NCBI GenBank assembly: GCA_029287195.1
Contig: JARFRN010000203.1
Coordinates: forward strand, 1 to 62,482
From: Acidimicrobiia bacterium
GTDB taxonomy: Bacteria; Actinomycetota; Acidimicrobiia; Spongiisociales; UBA5794
DNA length: 62,482 nt
Direction of reading: 5' to 3'
Both the position numbers and the translations under genes were made by a program. Shown piece after piece: positions 9,127-17,143 of this stretch (the first letter of the stretch is position 1; each line of letters opens with the position of its first letter). Below the pieces are notes generated by a model that saw nothing but the letters and a program-made list of their open reading frames with translations, searched no databases and had not been told where the DNA came from.

Positions 9127-9819
9127 ATGAGCGCTTCCCCACCCCACATCGGCACCCTCGGTGAGAAGCCTCTGCACGCCGCGCTCAAGAAGTGGTGCTC
9201 GCAGGAAGGCGACCGGTTCGAGGCGAGCGTCGACGGCTATGTGATCGACGTCGTCAGGGACGATCTGCTCATCGAGGTCCAGACCCGCAGTTTCTCGAAG
9301 ATGAAGCGCAAGCTGATCGAGCTGCTCGCAGCCGGGCACCGCATCCGGGTGGTCTACCCCATACCGGTCGAGAAGACGATCGTGCGCCTCGATCGGGACG
9401 GCTCGATCACCGGTCGCCGCCGCTCGCCACGACGAGGAACCACCAGAGATCTGTTTGCGGAGCTGGTCAGCTTCCCCGAACTGATCGCCCACCCGGGTCT
9501 CGAGATCCAGGTCGTGTTGACCGTAGAGGACGAGTACCGGCACCACGATCCGAAGAAGGCATGGCGACGGCGTGGCTGGGTGGTCACCGAACGGAGATTG
9601 GTACGGGTCGAGGGCGCGACAACCATTCACGGCCCCGGCGACCTCGTCGAACTGCTCCCGGACGACCTACCGGACCGCTTCACCACCGGTGACATCGCTG
9701 GGGCGGCGTCCTGTCCGTTACGAGTGGCCCAACAGATGGCCTACTGCCTGCGACACAGCGGCGCAGTCGAAGCCGTCGGCAAGAGAGGCAGGTCGATCGA
9801 GTACCGCCTGGCGGGATAG
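9127..9819 (+). CDS. Hypothetical protein with a PD-(D/E)xK-nuclease-like N-terminal core and a possible C-terminal winged-helix
   Basis: 230-aa ORF with good codon bias. GYVIDVVRDDLLIEVQTRSFSKMKRK resembles a D...(D/E)xK/Q restriction-endonuclease-fold core. The C-terminus AQQMAYCLRHSGAVEAVGKRGRSIEYRL looks wHTH-like. The fold call is recall-based only. Confidence 0.5.
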   Translation: MSASPPHIGTLGEKPLHAALKKWCSQEGDRFEASVDGYVIDVVRDDLLIEVQTRSFSKMKRKLIELLAAGHRIRVVYPIPVEKTIVRLDRDGSITGRRRSPRRGTTRDLFAELVSFPELIAHPGLEIQVVLTVEDEYRHHDPKKAWRRRGWVVTERRLVRVEGATTIHGPGDLVELLPDDLPDRFTTGDIAGAASCPLRVAQQMAYCLRHSGAVEAVGKRGRSIEYRLAG

Positions 9820-9904
9820 AGCCCCGTTGCCCCGTTCTCTCTCGCGCAAGGCACACGGCCGGTATGAGCCGCCGGCTGCGCAAGGACGGTTGGAGAGCGA
9901 CCGG

Positions 9905-11152
9905 CTATTTGTTCTTGATGAGCGGATCCGGCGTGACGCGGACGATGCTCTCGATCGTCCCGTAGATCCGCTCGCTGAGACCCTTCTCCTCCGGCTCGAG
10001 CAGGTTGGCCATGACCTTGAACGCCCACTCCATCAACGGACGGGAACGCATCCCCAGGTGGGTCAAGCGGCGGATCACAGCCGGGTAGCCGATCACCATA
10101 GCGAAGCGGCGAGCCACTCTCAGGTAGTCGGCGTACATGTCGTCGATGGCCTCCGAGTATCCCCGCAGCACGGCCGGGTTGTTGGTGGCGATCGCGTCGG
10201 CGATGTAGCCGGCAGCCAGGCGAGAAGTCTCGTATGCGTAGTCGATGCCTTCACCGTTGAAAGGATTGACGGCGCCGATCGAATCACCCACAGCCAGCCA
10301 ATTGCGGCCGAAACGGGGCCCCACCGACATCGCCATCGGCAGCTTGCCTCCGATGGGTTGGCGGGTGACCGAACCGTCCGTGAGACCCCAATGATCCGGA
10401 AGCTGCTCGACGTATGCCTCGATCAAGCGGGAGGTGTTGAGATCCTTCCAGCCTTTGAAGGTCGACAGCGCACCCGCCCCGATGTTGATCTCCCCGTCGC
10501 CGAGTGGGAAGACCCAGCCGTAGCCCGGCATTGCTCGACCCTCCCGATCGCGGATGTCGAGCTGGCTCTCCAGGTAGGGGTCTGCGGAGTTGTCGCTCTT
10601 CCAGTAGCCGCGCACCGCAAGCGCAAATGGATAGTCCTTGCGCCGCTGCAGCCCGAGCTTGCGGCCAAAGCGCGACAACGAGCCGTCGGCAATGACGACC
10701 ATCTTCGGGAAGACCCTCTCGTCCTCCAGGCCTTTGCGCTTGAGGGTGACGGCTGTCAGTTCCCCGGCGTCGACCACCGGGACTGCTTCCGTCCCGGTGA
10801 GTACGGTCGCTCCCTGCTTCTCGGCAAGAGCGGCAACCTGCATATCCAGGTCGGCGCGCCGAATCACTGCACCCCAATTGGGATAGATCGAATGCTCCGG
10901 CCACGGCATCTCCAGCCGGACGTCTCCGGCGTACGCCCGCAATCCGACGATGCGGTGGTGACCGTCGAAATCGAACCCCATGTCGACGAGTTGCTTGATG
11001 GCTCGCGGGGTCAGGCCGTCACCACACGCCTTCTCGCGGGGGTACTCCTGCTTCTCGGCAACCAATACCGAGAGGCCACGCCTGGCCAGCCAGTACCCGG
11101 CGGAAGCACCGCCGGGCCCGCCACCAACCACAAGAACATCGGGATCCATCAT
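9905..11152 (-). CDS. Geranylgeranyl reductase family FAD-dependent oxidoreductase
   Basis: DVLVVGGGPGGASAGYWLARRGLSVLVAEK (Rossmann GxGxxG) followed by ACGDGLTPRA. 415 aa. This family is commonly found near nuo in Actinomycetota. Confidence 0.85.
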   Translation of the reverse strand: MMDPDVLVVGGGPGGASAGYWLARRGLSVLVAEKQEYPREKACGDGLTPRAIKQLVDMGFDFDGHHRIVGLRAYAGDVRLEMPWPEHSIYPNWGAVIRRADLDMQVAALAEKQGATVLTGTEAVPVVDAGELTAVTLKRKGLEDERVFPKMVVIADGSLSRFGRKLGLQRRKDYPFALAVRGYWKSDNSADPYLESQLDIRDREGRAMPGYGWVFPLGDGEINIGAGALSTFKGWKDLNTSRLIEAYVEQLPDHWGLTDGSVTRQPIGGKLPMAMSVGPRFGRNWLAVGDSIGAVNPFNGEGIDYAYETSRLAAGYIADAIATNNPAVLRGYSEAIDDMYADYLRVARRFAMVIGYPAVIRRLTHLGMRSRPLMEWAFKVMANLLEPEEKGLSERIYGTIESIVRVTPDPLIKNK

Positions 11153-11195
11153 GAGTATCCGAGGCTAGACGGCCGTACGGATCACGGGAACGCCG

Positions 11196-11648
11196 TCAAG
11201 CGACGAAGAACATCATGAGAAACTCGGTGACCATCGCCGGCTTCTCCTCGCCCTCGATTTCGACCGTGACATCCTGTTTGAGCAGCCACTGGCCGGGACG
11301 CCTCTCAACGGCACTCGCCAGCACCGAGCGCGCCCTAATGCGCTGACCGACCTTCACCGGCTGCACGAAGCGCACCTTGTCGGTCCCGTAGTTGACGGCC
11401 ATCAGCGTCCCCTCGACGGGCACCGATGCGGCCTCGAGGAAGTGCGGCAACAGCGACAGGGTGAGAAAGCCATGGGCGATAGTCCCGCCGAATGGTGTCA
11501 TCGCGGCCTTCTCCGGGTCGATATGAATGAACTGGTGGTCGAGCGTTGCATCGGCGAATGCATTCACTCGATCCTGCTCGATCAACAACCAGTCGGACAC
11601 ACCGAGTTCGGTACCGACAAGTGACGGAAGCTCGGTTGCAGCAACCAT
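11196..11648 (-). CDS. MaoC-like (R)-specific enoyl-CoA hydratase/dehydratase
   Basis: Hot-dog fold motif: DHQFIHIDPEKAAMTPFGGTIAHGFLTLSL. ATG 11648 follows a GGAGAGGAG RBS. The track ORF starts at TTG 11663. Confidence 0.8.
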   Translation of the reverse strand: MVAATELPSLVGTELGVSDWLLIEQDRVNAFADATLDHQFIHIDPEKAAMTPFGGTIAHGFLTLSLLPHFLEAASVPVEGTLMAVNYGTDKVRFVQPVKVGQRIRARSVLASAVERRPGQWLLKQDVTVEIEGEEKPAMVTEFLMMFFVA

Positions 11649-11717
11649 GGGACTCCTCTCCAATCACTCCGGCGTACATGGGACCCCTATGCGGGCCTCA
11701 GGTACGCCGGACGCGGG

Positions 11718-12974
11718 TTAGCCCCCTTCGCCTCCGAGTAGGCCGCACGACTCCTCGGCAAGGGCTATGTCTTCTCCGCCGAAGGCCACCCGTTCGTAGA
11801 GCGAAACGGCGGCAATCTCCTCGGGACTGAGCGAGTTCTGATAGCCCGGCATGACACCGACGCCACCCACGGGCTTGCCGGTGTCCCCGTATGTCGCATC
11901 GGGCCAGTCGTTCGTTCCGATAGCCACCCACTCGACATGGTCGGAACAGGCCGAGAACGTGGCCAACACCGCACCCCCGGTAAACGCCGGGCCGACGCCT
12001 CCACCACCGCCGGCGCCGTGGCATGCCGTGCATTGGGCGTTGTAGATGGCTTGACCGAGGCTGAAGAACGGGCTGGCGTCACCGGCGCAAGCCTGGGCCT
12101 CTCCGGTCAGCGGATTGATGTCGAGCTGGCCCGACCGGCCACAATCAGGACCGTGCGGAGCCAGGCCCGCATAGAGGAGGGCGATCATGGGGATGAGGAC
12201 GAAGGAAGCGGCCAGCCACCGAGGGAACCCGGCGAAAACCGATTGCGGCTCTTCTTCGACGACGGGTTCCTCGGCGGCCGGCTCCTCCTCCGCCGCTTCC
12301 TGTGCTTCGGCAGTCGCCTCGGCATCTGCCTGCACCGCAACCGGCTCGGCGGCCGGCGGGGCAGGCGTTTCTCCCTCGGGACTCAGTCCCATCTCCACTA
12401 AGACTTCATCGAGTGGACGGCCTTCCCGCTTGGCGCGGGCTGCAGCGCTGCGCCGCAACAAGGCCTCGGGCAATTGCCCGGCACCACTCTCGGCGGCGGG
12501 TGCCGGAGTCGGGGCCGGCTCCGCAGGGGCAGCTGCAGGGGTGGGCGCAGCGACGGCGGAAGCGGCGGCTTCCCCACCCGTCCAGCCGGCGACCAGAGCG
12601 GAGACGTCCATTCCCGCCTTTCCGGCGCGAGCCCGAGCAGCGCGCTCCAGGAGATCGACGGGCACGTCGGTGTCGCCGGAGACCCGGCCCAACATCTCAT
12701 CCAGTGACCCACCGGCGGCGGCAGGAGCTGCTGCCGGTTCCGGTTGCGGAGCCACTGGTTCCGGCTCACGAGCTGCGGATGGTGCCGGCGCTGCCGGTTG
12801 CGCCACCGCAGGTGGTGCTTGCTCGGTGTCGCCGCCACCGGGTGCGCCGGCCCACCCCGCCACCAGCCCGGCTGCGTCAACGCCCTGCGCCGTGGCCCGA
12901 GCCCGGGCGGCACGTTCGAGCAGGTCGGCGGGTACACCGGTTTCCTCCGCGATCTGGTTCAGCAGTTCGTCCAT
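11718..12974 (-). CDS. Membrane-anchored mono-haem class I cytochrome c with three cytoplasmic HeH-like repeats
   Basis: The start MDELLNQ at 12974 overlaps the upstream stop by 1 nt (TAATG); the track ORF extension to 13244 is Arg/Cys-rich junk. Three N-terminal repeats (..VPxDLLERAARARA..). One TM segment (WLAASFVLIPMIALLYAGL). CTACH haem motif and GVMPGY Met ligand. Confidence 0.8.
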   Translation of the reverse strand: MDELLNQIAEETGVPADLLERAARARATAQGVDAAGLVAGWAGAPGGGDTEQAPPAVAQPAAPAPSAAREPEPVAPQPEPAAAPAAAGGSLDEMLGRVSGDTDVPVDLLERAARARAGKAGMDVSALVAGWTGGEAAASAVAAPTPAAAPAEPAPTPAPAAESGAGQLPEALLRRSAAARAKREGRPLDEVLVEMGLSPEGETPAPPAAEPVAVQADAEATAEAQEAAEEEPAAEEPVVEEEPQSVFAGFPRWLAASFVLIPMIALLYAGLAPHGPDCGRSGQLDINPLTGEAQACAGDASPFFSLGQAIYNAQCTACHGAGGGGGVGPAFTGGAVLATFSACSDHVEWVAIGTNDWPDATYGDTGKPVGGVGVMPGYQNSLSPEEIAAVSLYERVAFGGEDIALAEESCGLLGGEGG

Positions 12975-14935
12975 TACCTCAACCCGTTGATGTAGGAAAC
13001 AAGCGCAGCGATCTCGGATTGAGACAGATGCTCGTAGGACGGCATCGTCGACCACGGCCGATCGCGGCGCGGCTCGGTGAGCTGCTCGGCAGTCACGCCA
13101 CCGCGACTGGCGACATGCTTCAGATCCGGCCCCATTCTCGCCACACCCAGCAGGACCGGCTGCTCGTGGGCGTAGTCGCCGGCAACGCTCACGGGACCCA
13201 GTCCCAGATCCGTCACAATCGGGCGCACCGCCTGCGTATGGCAATAGGCGCAGCCTTCGCGCACGTAGATGTCACGACCGATGGTGACGTCGGCCCCTTC
13301 CACATAGATGCGCGACTCATCAGCCAGGATCGTCGGCTGGGCGGACTCAGCCTCCTGCGCAGGCAACACGACAACCATCAGGAAGACGGCGACTCCGGTG
13401 ACCAGGGCAATGGAGCCGACACGCAGCCAACCCGGCTCGGCCGATTCCGGCACCTCGAGTTCGACGTTGACTTCCTGCCCGCCGCCGTCCAGTTCGGGAT
13501 CGAGGGCCAATACGGCGTCACGATCCTCGGACAGGAACCACGCAACCGTGGCATAAGAGAACAGCAAGGCCTGTGCGACCGCAATCGTCATCAAGCCAAC
13601 CATGCGGGCGATCGCAAACCCATAGTTCCACATTGCATCAGCGGTCGACTCAAATCCGTCGCCGACCGCAGGGACGCCGTCGGAACCGCCGGCACCCCAG
13701 GTGAGCCCGGCGACGAGACCACCCGCCAGCATGGCGAACACGGCCACAGCCAGGCCCCCGAGAGTGAGCCAGAGGTGCCACTGCTGGACCCTGCGGGCAT
13801 CGGCTGAAACCATCGGCGGCGCTACGTGATAGACATACGCAAACAACCAAACGCTGAAGGCACCGAGCAATACGAGGAGCTCCGTGCCGTAGACCCAGTC
13901 TGTGAAGCCGATGATCCCGCCGGGTGCTCGCAGCGCCTGCCACAGGTTGAGCACCGGCAATGCTGCAAACAATCCGAGACCGAGGTAAACCAACCGCAGC
14001 GACGGTCGGTCCTTCTCCCTGACAACTTCGAGCCGACTACGAATCGTTGAATTCAGGTCCACGATGATCGTGGCGACCGGCAGAAGTAGAGCCATCGAGA
14101 ACATAACGCCGATGGTTTCCAGCCAGTCCGGGACTGCGGTGAAGGTGAGTTCGGCCGTCCCGGTGAATGCCCAGGCGATTCCGAGGCCCCAGAAGCCCAC
14201 AACCGACATCCGGGTTGCCCGGAAGTGGGCAAGGCCGACGAGACGCGGCACGAGGAAATACATCACACCGGCGCCCGCCGTGGCAAACCACATACCGGTG
14301 ATCCCCGCTTTGTAGAAGCCGGCCAGGAGTGCTGTGTTGATGCCGTGCAAGACCGGGGGTTGCGACCAGAACAGAGTTGCCAGCAGCGACAGCATCGTGA
14401 GATTGCCGATGAAGTGGAGCCCCACCAGCCAGACGACGGCGGCCAGCATGAACCACTCAGCGGGGCTACGGCGTCGTCCGTTGCGCCGCGACAGGGTGCG
14501 GGCCAACGAGTGCGCCATGGCCATCATCCCCAGCAACACCATCAAGTCGGCGAGCGGCGGCGCCTCGAGATAGCGGATGCCTTCGCTCTGTCCGGCGAGG
14601 ATGGCGACGCCGCCGATGGCGTAGCCGATAGACATCAGTATGAACCCGATCCGGGCGACGATGGGATCAGTCAGCTTTTCGCCGGTGAGACGAGGTACTG
14701 CGAAATACATGGCGCCGATCAGCCCGAGGGTCAACCAGCCGTACATAAGGAAGTGGACGGCGGCGGGGCGAAGACGTCCGTAGGAGATGGGACCCCAACC
14801 GCTGAGCAAATCGGCGGAGACGTATTGGACACTGGCAATAGCCAGCATGGCAACACCGACAATCAGGAAACCGAGAGAGGCAGCGAGATGATGACGGGCG
14901 ACGCTCTGCGAGGAGGCCGCCGTTTCGGAGATCAT
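12974..14935 (-). CDS. CcoN-CcoO fusion-like protein. The cbb3 subunit-I-like 12-TM domain lacks the canonical His ligands and is fused to a CcoO/FixO-like mono-haem c domain
   Basis: ATG 14935 (MISETAASS) has AGGA 8 nt upstream. CcoN-like blocks: YGRLRPAAVHF, AGVMYFLVPR, FWGLGIAWAFTGTAELTFTAVPDW, FTDWVYGTELLVLLGA. C-terminal CcoO-like blocks: GRDIYVREGCAYCHTQAVRP, ARMGPDL, STMPSY. Confidence 0.75.
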   Translation of the reverse strand: MISETAASSQSVARHHLAASLGFLIVGVAMLAIASVQYVSADLLSGWGPISYGRLRPAAVHFLMYGWLTLGLIGAMYFAVPRLTGEKLTDPIVARIGFILMSIGYAIGGVAILAGQSEGIRYLEAPPLADLMVLLGMMAMAHSLARTLSRRNGRRRSPAEWFMLAAVVWLVGLHFIGNLTMLSLLATLFWSQPPVLHGINTALLAGFYKAGITGMWFATAGAGVMYFLVPRLVGLAHFRATRMSVVGFWGLGIAWAFTGTAELTFTAVPDWLETIGVMFSMALLLPVATIIVDLNSTIRSRLEVVREKDRPSLRLVYLGLGLFAALPVLNLWQALRAPGGIIGFTDWVYGTELLVLLGAFSVWLFAYVYHVAPPMVSADARRVQQWHLWLTLGGLAVAVFAMLAGGLVAGLTWGAGGSDGVPAVGDGFESTADAMWNYGFAIARMVGLMTIAVAQALLFSYATVAWFLSEDRDAVLALDPELDGGGQEVNVELEVPESAEPGWLRVGSIALVTGVAVFLMVVVLPAQEAESAQPTILADESRIYVEGADVTIGRDIYVREGCAYCHTQAVRPIVTDLGLGPVSVAGDYAHEQPVLLGVARMGPDLKHVASRGGVTAEQLTEPRRDRPWSTMPSYEHLSQSEIAALVSYINGLR

Positions 14936-15286
14936 CTTGTCCTGAGAAACTTCGGCAGTCACCCTTTGCCTAGTCCCTTCCTCGCTTCGTCGCCGAGTCC
15001 GTCCGAGTCGGCAGTCCGGCAGAATAGCCCGGAGCGCCACAGATTCCCGAACTCGACTTGGTGGCCGGTTGCAGGTGGTGGCGTGACAGGGTTGCCGCCG
15101 GGGGCACGCTTGCCGAGGGCACCGCAACACATGCTTCGACCTGTCCCAATTTCACCGACGCGCAGAGGCGTGGCAGATGATTCCACGCCGCCGTTGCGGG
15201 ACCACTATGGTTGCGGGCAGCCGTCGGCTGGGTAGGCCATACGCGGCTTAGAATGGCGCAACTTCGACAAGATATGAATCGGATCG

Positions 15287-15895
15287 ATGGCTGAAGGAAG
15301 AGACAGGAACTTCACCCGAGGCGTCGCGGCCATGGCGATTGGGCTGGGCCTAGCGATCCTTGGTGCGTTGTGGGCGCATTTCGCCGAGCTCTCCGAATTC
15401 GACGAGGTTGGCCGGGAGATCTATCCGGCAATTCCGCGAGGCTGGCAGTGGGTCCTGCTCGGGCAGCTGGTATCGCTCGGCGGGGTTCTCGTTCTGATGG
15501 CAGGCATGGCGCTGGCATTCCTCTACGAGAAGAAGATGACCTGGGCCCGCTCCGCCATCGGGGCATTGCTCTTCACCTCACTGATGATCATCCTCTTCGG
15601 CGTCATCCCCAATCAATGGCTCACCTATACCCAGGCGGTGTGGGAGTGGACCGACCAGAAACTCTGGATACAGATCCCACCCGAGTTGTTGGGCGGCAAC
15701 GAGGTCAACATCTCTGCCGCAGCTTTGAAAGACATCATTTCGGGCACATATGTGCTCATTGCCACCGGTGCAGTTGCGGCCGCCATGATCGCCTGGCAGC
15801 GGCGTGACGAGCTCCAGGCCGCTCGAGACAAGAAAAGAGCAGAGAAGAAATCGGTGTCGAGCTACGGGCGGCCGCTGCAGAAGGTCGAGAGGTAG
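15287..15895 (+). CDS. Hypothetical 4-TM membrane protein (first gene of the bc-type operon)
   Basis: 202 aa with four hydrophobic segments and a basic C-terminal tail. Its stop is 2 nt before the ferredoxin gene. I recognise no family. Confidence 0.6.
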   Translation: MAEGRDRNFTRGVAAMAIGLGLAILGALWAHFAELSEFDEVGREIYPAIPRGWQWVLLGQLVSLGGVLVLMAGMALAFLYEKKMTWARSAIGALLFTSLMIILFGVIPNQWLTYTQAVWEWTDQKLWIQIPPELLGGNEVNISAAALKDIISGTYVLIATGAVAAAMIAWQRRDELQAARDKKRAEKKSVSSYGRPLQKVER

Positions 15896-15897
15896 GA

Positions 15898-16341
15898 ATG
15901 GCAAACGAGGCTTGGACGGAACTCATCGATACGCGAGAGGACTATCAGCTCGCAGCGGTCGACGGCTCCTACCTGACTGCCGCCGTGAAGCCCAAGCAGT
16001 TCCTCCACATCAACGAAGCAGAGTGCATCCTGTGCGAGGGGTGTGTCGACATCTGTCCCTGGAAATGCATCCACTACCTTTCGCTCGATGCTATCGAGGA
16101 AGCCGCCAACGTCGAAGACCCGAAGGGCAAGCCGGAGAATGGGGGGTTCTTCGTGGTCGACGAGGACGCTTGTACCCGCTGTGCTCTCTGCATCGATCGT
16201 TGTCCAACCGGTGTCATCTCTCTGGGCAAGTTCACGGGATCTGTCGCGGACCGCACCGGAGACTTCGCAGACAAGCCCTGGGAGTACGACACGGGCGACC
16301 GCGACTTCAAGAACGGCTATATGTACGGCGTACGTTGGTAA
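15898..16341 (+). CDS. 2x[4Fe-4S] ferredoxin-domain protein
   Basis: Two CxxCxxCxxxCP motifs: CILCEGCVDICP and CTRCALCIDRCP. 147 aa. Confidence 0.85.
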   Translation: MANEAWTELIDTREDYQLAAVDGSYLTAAVKPKQFLHINEAECILCEGCVDICPWKCIHYLSLDAIEEAANVEDPKGKPENGGFFVVDEDACTRCALCIDRCPTGVISLGKFTGSVADRTGDFADKPWEYDTGDRDFKNGYMYGVRW

Positions 16342-16366
16342 CAGGAAATCGGACTGAGGAGACGAG

Positions 16367-17143
16367 GTGGCAAACGGAAACGGAAGGGTCGGGCTGAAGG
16401 AGCGTTTCGCTCAGGCCGGCGATCACATCCGCACCAGCCAGGTGTGGAGCAGTATCTTCCGGCCCGGATCTCCATTCCGCCACGGCTACACCGACTCGCC
16501 GCGTAACCGATCCTACGTCATCATGAACAACGTGCTGTATCACCTTCATCCGGTGAAGGTGAAGAGGCACGCCGTCCGTCTCTCCTATACCTTGTGTCTC
16601 GGCGGGCTGAGCTTCTTCCTATTCATCTTGCTGACGATTACCGGCATCTTCCTGATGTTCTACTACCGGCCGACCTCGCCTCAGGCCTATCTCGATATCC
16701 AGGCCCTGTCTACAGACGTAGCCTTCGGGCAGTTGGTGCGCAATATGCACCGTTGGGGTGCCCACCTGATGGTTCTCACCGTGTTTCTCCACATGGCCCG
16801 GGTCTTCTACCACGGTGCCTACAAACCGCCGCGCGAGTTCAACTGGGTCGTCGGAATCGTCCTATTGGTCTTGACCCTGCTGCTTTCGTTCACCGGTTAC
16901 CTGCTGCCGTGGGATCAGCTGGCACTGTGGGCAGTGACGGTCGGTAGCAATATGGGTGCATATGCGCCGGTGATCGGCGATCAAGTGTCGTTTGCCCTGA
17001 TCGGGGGCGTCCAGATCACACCCGACACGCTGTTGCGGTGGTACGTGCTCCACGTCCTGTTCCTGCCGTTCATCATCGTCGTCTTCATGGCCGTCCACTT
17101 CTGGAGGGTGCGCAAAGACGGTGGCATTTCGGGGCCGCTCTAG
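16367..17143 (+). CDS. Cytochrome b6-like protein (N-terminal half of a split cytochrome b)
   Basis: Four His in two TM pairs (NMHRWGAHLMVLTVFLHMARVF; WYVLHVLFLPFIIVVFMAVHFWR). LPWDQ motif. YTLCLGGLSFF matches the b6/Firmicutes CLGG cysteine that binds haem ci (Cys codon 16595-16597). GTG start after AGGAG. Confidence 0.9.
   Translation: MANGNGRVGLKERFAQAGDHIRTSQVWSSIFRPGSPFRHGYTDSPRNRSYVIMNNVLYHLHPVKVKRHAVRLSYTLCLGGLSFFLFILLTITGIFLMFYYRPTSPQAYLDIQALSTDVAFGQLVRNMHRWGAHLMVLTVFLHMARVFYHGAYKPPREFNWVVGIVLLVLTLLLSFTGYLLPWDQLALWAVTVGSNMGAYAPVIGDQVSFALIGGVQITPDTLLRWYVLHVLFLPFIIVVFMAVHFWRVRKDGGISGPL

Noticed and set aside
8452-9630. 392-aa ORF taken at face value as a large MarC-like protein.
   Set aside because: Only the C-terminal ~180 aa look MarC-like. 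The upstream 200 aa are low-quality sequence overlapping the 9127..9819 gene. The true N-terminus is found in another frame from ATG 9068, which is the frameshift interpretation.
9572-11218. Long track ORFs such as 9572..11218(+), 12302..13807(+), 25042..26322(+), 35543..36622(-), 58074..59147(-) and 42932..43822(+).
   Set aside because: They run antisense to, or out of frame with, genes that have clear family motifs. Their translations are Arg/Pro/Gly/His-rich, which is typical of non-coding frames in high-GC DNA.
14936-15286. Rex or other palindromic operators in the divergent control region of the respiratory cluster.
   Set aside because: Only weak partial matches were found (for example TGTCCCAATTTCACC). 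Nothing is convincing by eye, so this needs matrix-based scanning.
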